Shown piece by piece: positions 9,839 through 19,049 of a DNA stretch of 64,000 nt. A program made the position numbers and the translations under genes. The notes below the pieces were generated by a model, which saw only the letters and a list, made by a program, of their open reading frames with translations, made no database searches and was not told the origin of the DNA. Source of the stretch: Candidatus Marinacidobacterales bacterium (GTDB lineage Bacteria; Acidobacteriota; Vicinamibacteria; Marinacidobacterales; DATDRI01); the NCBI GenBank assembly GCA_965226495.1, contig OZ245365.1:448001-512000 (forward strand), read 5' to 3'. Position 1 is the stretch's first letter. The number at the start of each line of letters is the position of its first letter.

Positions 9839-10303
9839 TCAGGCTTCCGGCATGATGTCGGGAGGCAGTGCCCAGGTTAGGCTCCAAGTACCGCCCGCCG
9901 CCCGTTCCAACTTCACGAGGCCAGAGTGCCGAAAGCCCACTACCGGCATGCTTTCGTTTTGACAGAGGAGGGCAGCCGCCAACCGCGCGAGGAATGGCAG
10001 GTGGCCCACTATCAACAGATTCTCGGTGCGAGATTGGACCTCTCGCCGAAGCGGGCTCACGTCATCATCGGGATCGAGGCCCTCCACCTCGCGCCGTGGG
10101 GCGCCCAAAGCGCTCTCGAACTCTTCGGCGGTTTGGATGGCGCGCAGCTTCGTGGAGTGGCGAATCTCTGCGACCCGTACACTCAGGCGCGCCGCGTGGG
10201 CGGCCGCTCGCTTGGAGAGGGCTCGCCCCGTTTCGTTCAAAGGCCGATTCGGATCTTCCTCCTTTGTCGCCGCGGCGCCGTGTTGCACGAGATAGAGTTC
10301 CAT
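9839..10303 (-). CDS. sixA: phosphohistidine phosphatase SixA
   Basis: MELYLVQHG, RPL, HSTKLRAIQTA, VGHLPFL; GA-rich RBS before ATG 10303. Confidence 0.85.
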   Translation of the reverse strand: MELYLVQHGAAATKEEDPNRPLNETGRALSKRAAAHAARLSVRVAEIRHSTKLRAIQTAEEFESALGAPRREVEGLDPDDDVSPLRREVQSRTENLLIVGHLPFLARLAAALLCQNESMPVVGFRHSGLVKLERAAGGTWSLTWALPPDIMPEA

Positions 10304-10499
10304 GTTGTCTCCCTTCCTTTTCATGATAACTCCAACTGCAGGATTAGACGAACCAACTTCCGGTTACCCATGAGCTCGCCGCTCTTACCAATTTCGTAAG
10401 TCGCTTACGCAACCGGTAAGCCTGTCGTTCGGCAAGTGTTTTCGATAGCTCTATTTCCAATCATCTGTATCGGTTACCTTCAAGCCGAGCGCACCGGTC

Positions 10500-10515
10500 G
10501 GGCACAAAGCTTGCA
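10500..10515 (+). promoter_or_regulatory. possible sigma54 promoter
   Basis: GGGCAC-AAAGC-TTGCA has GG-N10-GC spacing, upstream of a GAGGAG RBS and ATG 10550. Confidence 0.45.
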
Positions 10516-10549
10516 CTCCGTAGTGGAATTCATCGAGGAGAAGGATTGG

Positions 10550-11476
10550 ATGCGGAAATCGACTCTTAGGACACGTTGGATCCTCTTTGCCACAAGCATT
10601 CTCTTGCTGATGCCGGTTGCCAATGCTCACGCTCAACCCGTAGTCGAGTTCGAAGAGAAACTGGATTTCTCACGCCCCGAGGCGTGGGCGATGAAGTACT
10701 TTGGTTCTATGAACCTGTTGACTGGATTCGGATCGCCGGGTCCCATTCGGGCAGGGACGATCGACGTGGGGCTCGAGATCGATTGGGTCCCGTCTCTCAG
10801 TGATGCGCAGCGGACGGTCGGATTCGAGGGGACCAAGCTAGAAGATTTGAACAAAACGTCGGTGTTTATCCGGCCGTGGTTCGCATTCGGCCTACCCAAC
10901 GATTTTTCACTGACCTTGACCTATGTTCCGCCGGTCAACGCGTTCGGTGTAAAGCCACATTTGTTTGGTGCTGCCATCGGACGACCCGTGTACCAAGGAG
11001 AGAGATGGCGGCTCGGCCTCCGGGGTTATGGGCAGCTCGGGACTATCGAAGGCGATTTCACCTGTGACGAGGAAACGGTTGCGGCAGGTTTGGATCCGGT
11101 CCGCAATCCGTTCGATTGCAGAGAAGTATCGGAAGACAAATACACGCTCGGCTCCTTTGGTGTCGAGGTGAGCTCGGCGTTTCGGGCGGACGCCGCCGGC
11201 AAGTTGGAGCCGTACGTAGGGGTTGCGTTCAACTACCTGGACGCAGACTTCCAAGTGAACGCTCGATATTCGGGGCTGATCGACCGGACGCTCCTGCTGG
11301 CCGACGGCTTCACGGTGTCTTTCACGGGCGGAGTGAGCTATGCCATCACCGAGCGATTAAGCATTAGCGGCGAAGTTTTCTATAGCCCCCTCGACGTCAT
11401 TCGGCCTCCTAGTACCGCGGGCCAAAATGACGGTCTGTTCAACATCCGCTCTTTGGTCACTTATCGTATCCGCTAA
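10550..11476 (+). CDS. exported protein, probable outer-membrane beta-barrel
   Basis: Signal peptide ending AHA-Q, alternating beta-strand pattern, C-terminal VTYRIR. Confidence 0.7.
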   Translation: MRKSTLRTRWILFATSILLLMPVANAHAQPVVEFEEKLDFSRPEAWAMKYFGSMNLLTGFGSPGPIRAGTIDVGLEIDWVPSLSDAQRTVGFEGTKLEDLNKTSVFIRPWFAFGLPNDFSLTLTYVPPVNAFGVKPHLFGAAIGRPVYQGERWRLGLRGYGQLGTIEGDFTCDEETVAAGLDPVRNPFDCREVSEDKYTLGSFGVEVSSAFRADAAGKLEPYVGVAFNYLDADFQVNARYSGLIDRTLLLADGFTVSFTGGVSYAITERLSISGEVFYSPLDVIRPPSTAGQNDGLFNIRSLVTYRIR

Positions 11477-11486
11477 CCACTTTCGA

Positions 11487-11918
11487 TCAGGGGATGACGC
11501 GGTTTGAGGCCAGTCTTTCGATGTGGGAGTGGATCAAATACCACTGCCCTTTGCGAAGCTGCATAATGCTTGTGGACCGACCGTAGTCCCGATAGGACTC
11601 GTCCTTTATCTTATAGCGTGAAGTGAAACTCTCGACGACGATCGCGAGATCGCCAACTAACCTAACGTCCTCAGTTTCCGTCCGAACGTCAAGCACCAAT
11701 CCCTTTTGAGTGGAAAGGCGTAGGTACTCGAGGTAGCTTTCTTTGCCCTTAAGGACACCAGGATCGCCAATTCCGAGAGAGACGGCGTCTTCGGAAAGGT
11801 GTTCCTTGTAGAGCTTGAGGCTGCCGCGCATGTAGTCCTGACGCATGGCTTCCAGCAGCCGAATCACTTCCTGGCGGGATTTGTCGTCGGTGTCGGTGGG
11901 CATCCTTGCCTTCCGCAA
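11487..11918 (-). CDS. NTF2/SnoaL-like (DUF4440-type) protein
   Basis: 'VRLVGDLAIV..GRSTSIMQLRKGQWYLIHSH' NTF2 signature. Confidence 0.8.
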   Translation of the reverse strand: MRKARMPTDTDDKSRQEVIRLLEAMRQDYMRGSLKLYKEHLSEDAVSLGIGDPGVLKGKESYLEYLRLSTQKGLVLDVRTETEDVRLVGDLAIVVESFTSRYKIKDESYRDYGRSTSIMQLRKGQWYLIHSHIERLASNRVIP

Positions 11919-11991
11919 GTGATCGAGATGCTACGCCCCCGCCTTCCACAAATCAAGTGGTTGCTGGGTCAAGCAGTTGTCAGTGAAAGCA

Positions 11992-12022
11992 ACTGATTAC
12001 TGATGACTGTTTACTGATTACT
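11992..12022. repeat. heptamer tandem repeat (ACTGATT-like x4)
   Basis: actgatt-actgatg-actgttt-actgatt-act, preceded by partly complementary cagttgtcagt. Confidence 0.6.
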
Positions 12023-12194
12023 TCCGTCGTTTCCTGCGGATGGAATGGATGCGAAACCGATGAGATTGCCTCCCGTGAGCCAGAGCTCCTCTGCCCCGAA
12101 GCGGTTTTTCGGTAAGGGACGAGGACGTCGAATCCTTGGAGCTTTTCCCGGATCTCATCCAGGTTGGAGACCTCGAGTTAAACCGCCGTTCGGC

Positions 12195-13169
12195 TCAGTG
12201 GCCGGCCCGATCGAGGTCGATCCGGCGCACTGCGTCACCCCATTCACGGGGTGCCTGGATAGAGAATGCCGTCTCCGGGATGTCCTGATTGAGGACTAGG
12301 GTTCCGGTCTTCACCGTAACGCGCAAAGCATATCGGTCGTTGGGCCGAACGATGTAAATCTCGCCGGGAAAGCTCAAGCCAGCGCTTGTTTGGGCCGGCT
12401 GATAGTTCGAGAAGGTCACGTCGCCCAACAACAGTCCTCGCCGACTGTAGCTCCTTTGTCCCACCAGCTCGAGTCCGCGGCTACGATCGAACCAATATCG
12501 ATAGCGAGGACTCGACTCGCCCCGGCGAACGACCGACAGGACATAGTAGCTGCGTATCACCAGTTGTCCCTTTTTTGCCCCGGGACTGTTGTCCTCTTCG
12601 AGGAGACGATCTTCTTCCACCACTGCAATCGTGTCCGAATCTTCTGTGTCAATAGGCTCGAAAAGGAAGGCAGACGTGAAATGCTGAGGGCGGATGTTGG
12701 CCAGAGGTCCCGCCTTCTTGAGCTCCGGATCGGATTCCATTTTCTCCGCCTGCTCCAAATATTCCCTGTCATTGCTGCCTTCGATAAGGACGCGGTAGTC
12801 TTCGGGGTAGATGAGAAGCTGAAATCGTTGGCCGTCCGAAGCCATCTCCGCGAGACTGACTCCCAGCATGGGAGCTTCGATCTGCAGCCTGATGTTCTCG
12901 GGCCGGGCTAGAATGATTCGACCCTGCGCGGTGCGGAAGCGCCGAAGGCGACCGGTCTCCGCGCCTTCGCTGGTCTCGAACTGGAGGTCTACCTTGGCGG
13001 TGAGCGTGGCGACCTCTCGCCGTTGATTCACGATCCTTATCAAGTCGTGGAGCGTCGCGTCGCTGGTGGGTGCGATGAATGGAGGCACGTTGACCCGGCG
13101 GGAAACGCAAGACGGCACGACCAGCAGCAAGCAGATAAGGAGGGAGAGCTTCGGCCGCAACATGTTCAA
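12195..13169 (-). CDS. lipoprotein, LolA/LolB-like fold (DUF4292-like)
   Basis: Lipobox VPSC; 'ILARPENIRLQIEAP..EMASDGQRFQL' and 'SFPGEIYIVRP' segments. Confidence 0.7.
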   Translation of the reverse strand: MNMLRPKLSLLICLLLVVPSCVSRRVNVPPFIAPTSDATLHDLIRIVNQRREVATLTAKVDLQFETSEGAETGRLRRFRTAQGRIILARPENIRLQIEAPMLGVSLAEMASDGQRFQLLIYPEDYRVLIEGSNDREYLEQAEKMESDPELKKAGPLANIRPQHFTSAFLFEPIDTEDSDTIAVVEEDRLLEEDNSPGAKKGQLVIRSYYVLSVVRRGESSPRYRYWFDRSRGLELVGQRSYSRRGLLLGDVTFSNYQPAQTSAGLSFPGEIYIVRPNDRYALRVTVKTGTLVLNQDIPETAFSIQAPREWGDAVRRIDLDRAGH

Positions 13170-13389
13170 ACGGCAGTCATTCTATCACGCGCGTTACCGT
13201 CGATCACCGGAGCCTCTTCAATGGCGCGCGAAAGCCGCGCGAAGGTCGCAGGTTTCTTGCGCTCGTGCACTCGGGACGGCGAGGGAGCCGGCGAGCGCTA
13301 GCGGAAGGGATCGCCGGCAAGGCATCCCCTCAATCTACGCGGTAGAATAAGGCAGATCAACGCGGCGGATGCATTACCATCATGCGGCG

Positions 13390-14892
13390 TCAGCGGCGGA
13401 CGGATGCCGGCTCGGGCGCTTGGTTCCAGCGAGGCGCGGTGAGTCGGCGCTTGCCACTCGTGTCGAGCCTCAGGCTTGGCTCGTCGAGCTGTAGCCGGTC
13501 CCAGAGCTTGCAAGTGACTTGTTTGTGCTTCTGGTCCAGCGCTTCACAGTAGTTCGTGAACTCGCATCGGCGAACTTCTTCGCCGCGCCCAGCAAGAGCC
13601 TTTCGAAACCAGTCCGGATCGGCGAGCGTTTGGCGGGCTGCGGCCACGATATCCGCTTCGCCGCGTTCGAGAGCGGCCTCCGCCTGCTCGAAGCTACCGA
13701 TTCCCCCCGAGGTGACGATAGGGGTCTCCATGCCGGCTGCGTTGATGGCCTTTTTGATGGCAGCCGCGAGGGGGATGTTCCTGCCAAACGGTCCGCGCTT
13801 ATCAGAATAAACGGTGGGCATGCATTCGTAACCGCTTCGACCGGTGTAGGGGTATACCGCCCACCCTACGTCGGGGGGTTTGGCATCCTCGAACTTGCCC
13901 CCCTTCGAAATAGAGAGATAGTCCATACCGGCGCGAGCAAGCTCGACGGCGAAGTAGATGGCGTCCTCGATGTGGTTTCCGCCTTCGACCACATCGTCAC
14001 CGAGCATCCGGCAACCGACGAGGTAATCCTCTCCGACGCGGCCTCGAACCTCCCGGAACACCTCGAGGGGTAACCGCGCCCGGTGTGGTCGCGGACCACC
14101 ATAACCATCCTGCCGCGTGTTGAGCGCCGAGAGGAAGGACGCCATGGTGTAAGCGTGGGCGTAGTGAAGCTCCACGCCATCGAACCCGGCTTTTTGGGCC
14201 CTTGCCGCCGCGTCCGCAAAAAGACCGGGAAGGAACTTGGGCAAGTCGCGGATGTGCTCGAGATGCACGTCGGTGACACGTTCCCTCGCCCCGAATCGGA
14301 GGTCATCCAGTTCCCGCTCTTCTAAGACGAATTCATGTTCCTCGTCGTCGGCGTCCAGTAGTCTTTGACGGATGTCCGTTTCCAATGCTTCCTGCCATTT
14401 TTCGTCTCCCGTCAGCTGTGCCAATTTCTGTCGATGGCGGTCGGTGAGCTTGAAGAAACGGTGGAAGTACTTGTCTGCAGGAGGACGCCGCTTGATAGAG
14501 AGGAAGTCGATAGTCTGGATAAGCAGACGCGTATGGCCGTCACTGGCTCGGCGAACCGTTTCGACCAGCTCTCGCAGGCCTTCTACAAACCGATCGTGGC
14601 CGATACGTAGAAGCGGTCCGCTCGGCACCTCTCGAATACCGGTGGCCTCGACCACAATGACGCCGGGTCTGCCTTCGGCAAACCTCGCGTACCATTCGAT
14701 GATTTCCTCAGTGACGAAACCTTCCGCGGTGGCTCGCCAGGGCACCATGGCAGGAACCCACGTGCGCTGTTCGGCTAGCACCGTCTTGCCCAACCGGATG
14801 GGGCTGAACCACAAGGAAGAACGGGCTTTCTCCGCGGTCGGCCAGGAGACCTCGGGAAGCCGGTGACGGATGCGCTCTGGGGGGGTCCACAT
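13390..14892 (-). CDS. NADH:flavin oxidoreductase (Old Yellow Enzyme family)
   Basis: PAMV, VVEATG, AGFDGVELHYAHAY, DGYGG, ARQTLADPDW motifs. Confidence 0.85.
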   Translation of the reverse strand: MWTPPERIRHRLPEVSWPTAEKARSSLWFSPIRLGKTVLAEQRTWVPAMVPWRATAEGFVTEEIIEWYARFAEGRPGVIVVEATGIREVPSGPLLRIGHDRFVEGLRELVETVRRASDGHTRLLIQTIDFLSIKRRPPADKYFHRFFKLTDRHRQKLAQLTGDEKWQEALETDIRQRLLDADDEEHEFVLEERELDDLRFGARERVTDVHLEHIRDLPKFLPGLFADAAARAQKAGFDGVELHYAHAYTMASFLSALNTRQDGYGGPRPHRARLPLEVFREVRGRVGEDYLVGCRMLGDDVVEGGNHIEDAIYFAVELARAGMDYLSISKGGKFEDAKPPDVGWAVYPYTGRSGYECMPTVYSDKRGPFGRNIPLAAAIKKAINAAGMETPIVTSGGIGSFEQAEAALERGEADIVAAARQTLADPDWFRKALAGRGEEVRRCEFTNYCEALDQKHKQVTCKLWDRLQLDEPSLRLDTSGKRRLTAPRWNQAPEPASVRR

Positions 14893-14983
14893 CTATTAAG
14901 GAGGTGCCTCTCTAGTACTCACGGTACACCAAAGCGGGGCGCCTGGCCACTTTGCTCGGCTTTCCCTTCCGTGGGCTTCTGCT

Positions 14984-15418
14984 ATGATGACGGGCGTCGT
15001 GAGCGCCGAGCAGGCTGTTCTGGAGGCAAATCAGCGCTTCTATCAGGCTTTGAGCGAGCTGGATACGGAAGCGATGGAGCAGATATGGCTACACGAGCCC
15101 TGGGTCCGCTGCATCCACCCCGGTTGGCAGGTGCTGAGCGGCTGGGACGACGTATGGCAAAGCTGGAGGCAGATCTTCAGTAATACCTTGAGCCATCAGG
15201 TCGAAGCGAGCGACATTACAGTACGGCTCTTCGGTGAGCTCGCGTGGGTACTTTGTCTGGAGCGGATTATCGGCCGACCCGAATCGGGAAATCTCGTCTC
15301 GTTCGCGCAAGGGACCAACCTATTTGTGTCTACATCTGCCGGGTGGCGGATGGTGCTCCACCATGCGTCGATGGTGCCGGTTGGAATGCCGCCCGAGACG
15401 AGCACCACGGTCCACTGA
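14984..15418 (+). CDS. SnoaL-like/NTF2 family protein
   Basis: ANQRFYQA, CIHPGW, TNLF, WRMVLHHAS. Confidence 0.85.
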   Translation: MMTGVVSAEQAVLEANQRFYQALSELDTEAMEQIWLHEPWVRCIHPGWQVLSGWDDVWQSWRQIFSNTLSHQVEASDITVRLFGELAWVLCLERIIGRPESGNLVSFAQGTNLFVSTSAGWRMVLHHASMVPVGMPPETSTTVH

Positions 15419-15443
15419 TACTGATACTGGACGCTAGGATGCC

Positions 15444-16811
15444 ATGGCTGAACACCACGTCGTAATCGGCGGCAACGCTGCCGGAATGACCGCGGCGTCC
15501 CGTGCAAAGCGACTCTCTCCGTCGCTCTCCATCACGGTTCTCGAATCGAGCCGCTATATCTCGTATAGCATCTGCGGTCTACCCTACTGGTTGGGGGGGC
15601 GCATCTCGCGCTTCGACGACCTCCTCCATTTTTCTCCGGAACGCCTTCAAAACGAGCGAGGGATATCGGCCCGGATCGAGACACGTGCGGTCGAGATTCT
15701 TCCTTCAAGACGCTCGGTGGTCGTCGAAGACCTGCGGAACGGCAAAAAGGAGATCCTGAAGTACGACAAGCTGTTGATAGCCACCGGATACAAGTCCACC
15801 CCGCCCGATATCGAAGGCCTAGACGCCTCCGGGGTCTTTACCGTCAGTCGAATCGAGCACGGAGAGGCCATCGGCCGGTGGCTCGATTCGGGGCGAGTGA
15901 AGCGAGCGGTTCTAATCGGAGGGGGCTACGTGGGTTTGGAGATGGCGGAGGCCTTCCGTGAGCGGGGGGTTGACGTCACGCTGGTAGAGAAATCGCCCGC
16001 CGTGTTCCCAGCCGTCGATCCCGACATGGCTGCGCCGCTGGAATCGGAGCTCGAGGCAAAAGGCGTCCGCGTCATGACCCGTCGCGCGGTGGGGCGCATC
16101 CTATCCCGTCCCGATGGCTCTGTGGAAGGAGTGGAGTTGGTCGGAAGTGGACACCGGCTGCCCGCCGATCTCGTGCTTGCAGACGTCGGCGTGGCGCCTC
16201 GAGTGGAGCTGATAGCGGGTTCGGGTATCCAGCTTGGAGCAAGTGGCGCGATCGCGGTCTCAGAGCGGATGGAGACGAATGTCTCGGCCGTATACGCGGC
16301 GGGGAATTGTGCAGAGGCGGTGAATCTTGTCACCGGCAGGCCAAGCTTCGGCCCGCTCGGAACGGTAGCTGCCAAACAGGGGCGCGTGGCGGGAGAGAAC
16401 ATGGCGGGCAGGGTGTCCTATTTCCGCGGGGCGGTGGGAACCACGGCGGTGAAGGTCTTCGGCCTTGTCGCCGCACGAACCGGTCTCACGACCGAGCAGG
16501 CAAAGCGAGAGGGGTATCGAGTCGTAGAGGCCCGGGTGGAAGGCCGTTTTAAAGCCTCCTATTTCGGAGCCGAACCATCGGTGGTCAAGGTACTCGCCGA
16601 TCCGGAAAGTCGCCGACTTCTGGGTGCCCAAATCGTAGGCAGCGATTTGGCTGCGGTGCGGATCGACGTCGTGGCGACGGCGCTCGCCGCAAAAATGACC
16701 GTGGACGAGGCCGCCCAGCTAGATCTCACCTACACACCGCCGGTGGGAACCCTTTGGAATCCGTTGCTGGTCGCAATGAACCTGCTACTGCGACGCCTGG
16801 ACGAGCGCTAG
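15444..16811 (+). CDS. CoA-disulfide reductase/NADH oxidase family flavoprotein
   Basis: GGNAAG, SYSICGLPY redox Cys, GGGYVG, LLGAQIVG, DLTYTPP. Confidence 0.9.
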   Translation: MAEHHVVIGGNAAGMTAASRAKRLSPSLSITVLESSRYISYSICGLPYWLGGRISRFDDLLHFSPERLQNERGISARIETRAVEILPSRRSVVVEDLRNGKKEILKYDKLLIATGYKSTPPDIEGLDASGVFTVSRIEHGEAIGRWLDSGRVKRAVLIGGGYVGLEMAEAFRERGVDVTLVEKSPAVFPAVDPDMAAPLESELEAKGVRVMTRRAVGRILSRPDGSVEGVELVGSGHRLPADLVLADVGVAPRVELIAGSGIQLGASGAIAVSERMETNVSAVYAAGNCAEAVNLVTGRPSFGPLGTVAAKQGRVAGENMAGRVSYFRGAVGTTAVKVFGLVAARTGLTTEQAKREGYRVVEARVEGRFKASYFGAEPSVVKVLADPESRRLLGAQIVGSDLAAVRIDVVATALAAKMTVDEAAQLDLTYTPPVGTLWNPLLVAMNLLLRRLDER

Positions 16812-16893
16812 GGCCCGAAGGACTTGCAAAGACACTCCCCGAATTAGAAAGGATTACCTAGATCTCTGTGGCGAGGTGGAAGTACGGTGACGG

Positions 16894-17412
16894 CTAGCGG
16901 ATGCCTTGAGACCGAGCAAGAGTCGGCTGCTCTCCCGGAAACTCCCTAACGTCCTCTTCCAGTGGCAGGGTGTGCCGATTGATGGGGGAGGACAGCACGA
17001 TGGTCGTCTTGGTGCGTAGTGTACCCGGTATGTCTCTGATCCTTTGCAGGAGCAACTCGAGCGTTCGAGGGTTCTTCGTAATGACCCGAGCCATGTAGGT
17101 TTCCTCCCCCGCAACACTGAAACACTCTTGAACCTCCGAGATACCAGCGAGTCTTCCTTCATATTCACGCGAAGGGACACTACCGCTTGTGGTGATGCTG
17201 ACGAAGGCACTGATCTCGTATCCCAGGGTGGAAGGATTGACCGAAGCGGAGTAACCCTCGATGATTCCAGTGCGTTCGAGCTTCTTGACTCTGTCGTGAA
17301 CGGTAGGAGCGGTTAAGCCAACCTGTGCCGCCAGCTCTGCGAACGTACTTCGTCCTTTGGAGAGGAGCGCTTTGAGAATCTGTCTATCGATAAAGTCAAT
17401 AGGCGGGTTCAT
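16894..17412 (-). CDS. Lrp/AsnC family transcriptional regulator
   Basis: IDRQIL..GRSTFAELAAQVGLTAPTVHDRVKKLE HTH; start reassigned to ATG 17412. Confidence 0.9.
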   Translation of the reverse strand: MNPPIDFIDRQILKALLSKGRSTFAELAAQVGLTAPTVHDRVKKLERTGIIEGYSASVNPSTLGYEISAFVSITTSGSVPSREYEGRLAGISEVQECFSVAGEETYMARVITKNPRTLELLLQRIRDIPGTLRTKTTIVLSSPINRHTLPLEEDVREFPGEQPTLARSQGIR

Positions 17413-17623
17413 GGAATTCCACAACCGAAAAGAGGAGGCAATCCTAGCCGCTCCATGTCTATGAGTCAACCCCGGAACCCAAAAAAATCCAGTCGGTCGG
17501 AAAGGCGATCGAGAGGTGGGGAAGAGTGAAGCATCTGCAACTCTCGGGCCACAAAGTCGGCCCTGATGACGCAAGGGTCGGCCGAGGTTCGGAAGAGAAA
17601 GATAGACTGCTTGGACTTAGTGC

Positions 17624-17950
17624 TTATGCGGCCGCGTGGCTGTGCTTCTTGAGCATCCTCTTGTATTTTTTTATTCTCATTCTGAGGTCGGAGAGTGTTT
17701 CGTGATTACGATCGGCAAGCGCCTGCTTGCGCTTGGCCTGAAGTTCCTTGAGGCGGCCCTTGATCGAGGGTTTGTCAATCCCCTCGACCGCCTTGACCTC
17801 GGCTTGCGGGCGTTCGATTTCGAGTTTCTGGCACAAGGCGTCGATCAGCTGCGGTTTTTTCATGCTGGAGACGTCTTTTAGGTCCTCGAACTTCGCAGCT
17901 TCCTCACGAAGATTGGCGACTGTCATCTTTTCCAGGTCTTTGAACTCCAT
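17624..17950 (-). CDS. small basic protein with Rho-N-terminal-like domain
   Basis: LEKMTVANLREEA..SSMKKPQLI pattern; GGAGG RBS before ATG 17950. Confidence 0.7.
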   Translation of the reverse strand: MEFKDLEKMTVANLREEAAKFEDLKDVSSMKKPQLIDALCQKLEIERPQAEVKAVEGIDKPSIKGRLKELQAKRKQALADRNHETLSDLRMRIKKYKRMLKKHSHAAA

Positions 17951-17992
17951 TGAGCCTCCATTAATTAATGCTCGCTCGCCTCGTTCATCCAA

Positions 17993-18080
17993 TAGTGCGA
18001 TGGGGCCCCACCCCCATCGCTAGTCGCTTCGCCCCTTCGCGCTCCGCGACAGCTGAGGGCTCATCGCTCGCAGCCCTCGC
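17993..18080. repeat. palindromic repeat family B, copy 1
   Basis: GCGATGGGG/CCCCATCGC hairpin, GGCCCCACCCCCA core, CAGCTGAGGGCTC at 18050-18062. Confidence 0.6.
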
Positions 18081-18228
18081 TCTTCAATCAATGGTGCGGG
18101 GCTGCGCTCGGGCCAAAAAACATAGCTGTTGCACCTTACAAATGCCACAATTTGGGCCCGACATGCAAGTCCCGTGCGGAGGATGTACTCTATGGGTTGG
18201 CGATGGACACTATTTGCGGAGGCGATCG

Positions 18229-18852
18229 ATGAGCTTTCTCCTTTCTTTCATGCTTTTCCTGGCAGCCCCACCGACTCCGACGGCATCGAGCGCGGAGGAG
18301 GCCGGCAAAACAACTATCTTGGTGGCCTACTACTCCGAAACCGGGAATACCGAGTCGCTGGCTAAGGCAATCGTGGAGGGGATCTCCTCGGTTCCAACTG
18401 CCGAGCCCATTTTGCGGAACGTTTCTGAGGTGAAGGACGAGGACATTCGGAAGGCGGACGGCATTCTCGTGGGCACCCCGGTCCAATGGGGCGGTCTCAG
18501 TGCCCGTGCCAAGGACTTTGTGGATCGAGTGGGTCGCGTATTGGGTGAAGGCGAGGGACAACACGGGGAAGGGCGAACGGCGGGCGCGTTCTGCACCGGG
18601 GGAGCTGTGGCGTCGGGCAAAGAGCTCGCTAGAATGGCGATCCTAGCCGCCTTTATGAACATGCGTTTTGTCGCGGTCGGAGGTCTCCTCGCGGACGGGT
18701 TAGGCAGCCTCGGCGCGGAAGCCACTACCGGGCCCGCCGATCCGGGACTTTCGGAGAAAGAGTTGGGGGAGGCGCGCCTGGCTGGCGAACGCTTTGCTCG
18801 GATTACACAGGGGTTTCGGAAAGCGCGGGCCCTTAGCCCAACACCAAACTAA
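18229..18852 (+). CDS. flavodoxin-like NAD(P)H:quinone oxidoreductase (WrbA family) with N-terminal signal-like peptide
   Basis: YYSETGNT, GTPVQWG, GAFCTGG..GKE motifs; GGAGG RBS before ATG 18229. Confidence 0.8.
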   Translation: MSFLLSFMLFLAAPPTPTASSAEEAGKTTILVAYYSETGNTESLAKAIVEGISSVPTAEPILRNVSEVKDEDIRKADGILVGTPVQWGGLSARAKDFVDRVGRVLGEGEGQHGEGRTAGAFCTGGAVASGKELARMAILAAFMNMRFVAVGGLLADGLGSLGAEATTGPADPGLSEKELGEARLAGERFARITQGFRKARALSPTPN

Positions 18853-19020
18853 CGACCCCGGCAAGGAGTGCCGCAAGCGGAAGTGTCAGGACCCAGGACG
18901 CCACGACTTGCCGGATAACCCCGACGTCGGCTTGCGCCGTGATGAGGCCGATTCCGGGTAGAGCTCCGCAAGGCACGGGAAACCCGAGGAGGGTCGCCAA
19001 GAAAACAGTGAGAGCGGCTC
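18833..19020 (-). pseudogene. C-terminal remnant of an inorganic phosphate transporter (PiT/PHO4 family)
   Basis: 'TVFLATLLGFPV..CGALPGIG..VIRQVVASWVLTLPLAALL' resembles the PiT C-terminus but lacks STTH and the rest of the protein. Confidence 0.55.
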
Positions 19021-19049
19021 TGCGGATGAGAGTCGCGAAGCTCGCGAGC

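Noticed and set aside
9839-10303. SixA QHG instead of RHG as an inactive variant
   Set aside because: To my knowledge QHG is a common SixA variant, and the catalytic His and other motifs are retained
13170-13389. Structured intergenic region (GCCGGCGA/TCGCCGGC stem) as an ncRNA
   Set aside because: No recognisable family, and short GC stems are expected at this base composition
17968-18228. Long N-terminal extension of the WrbA-like ORF
   Set aside because: It reads through a palindromic repeat; the RBS supports ATG 18229
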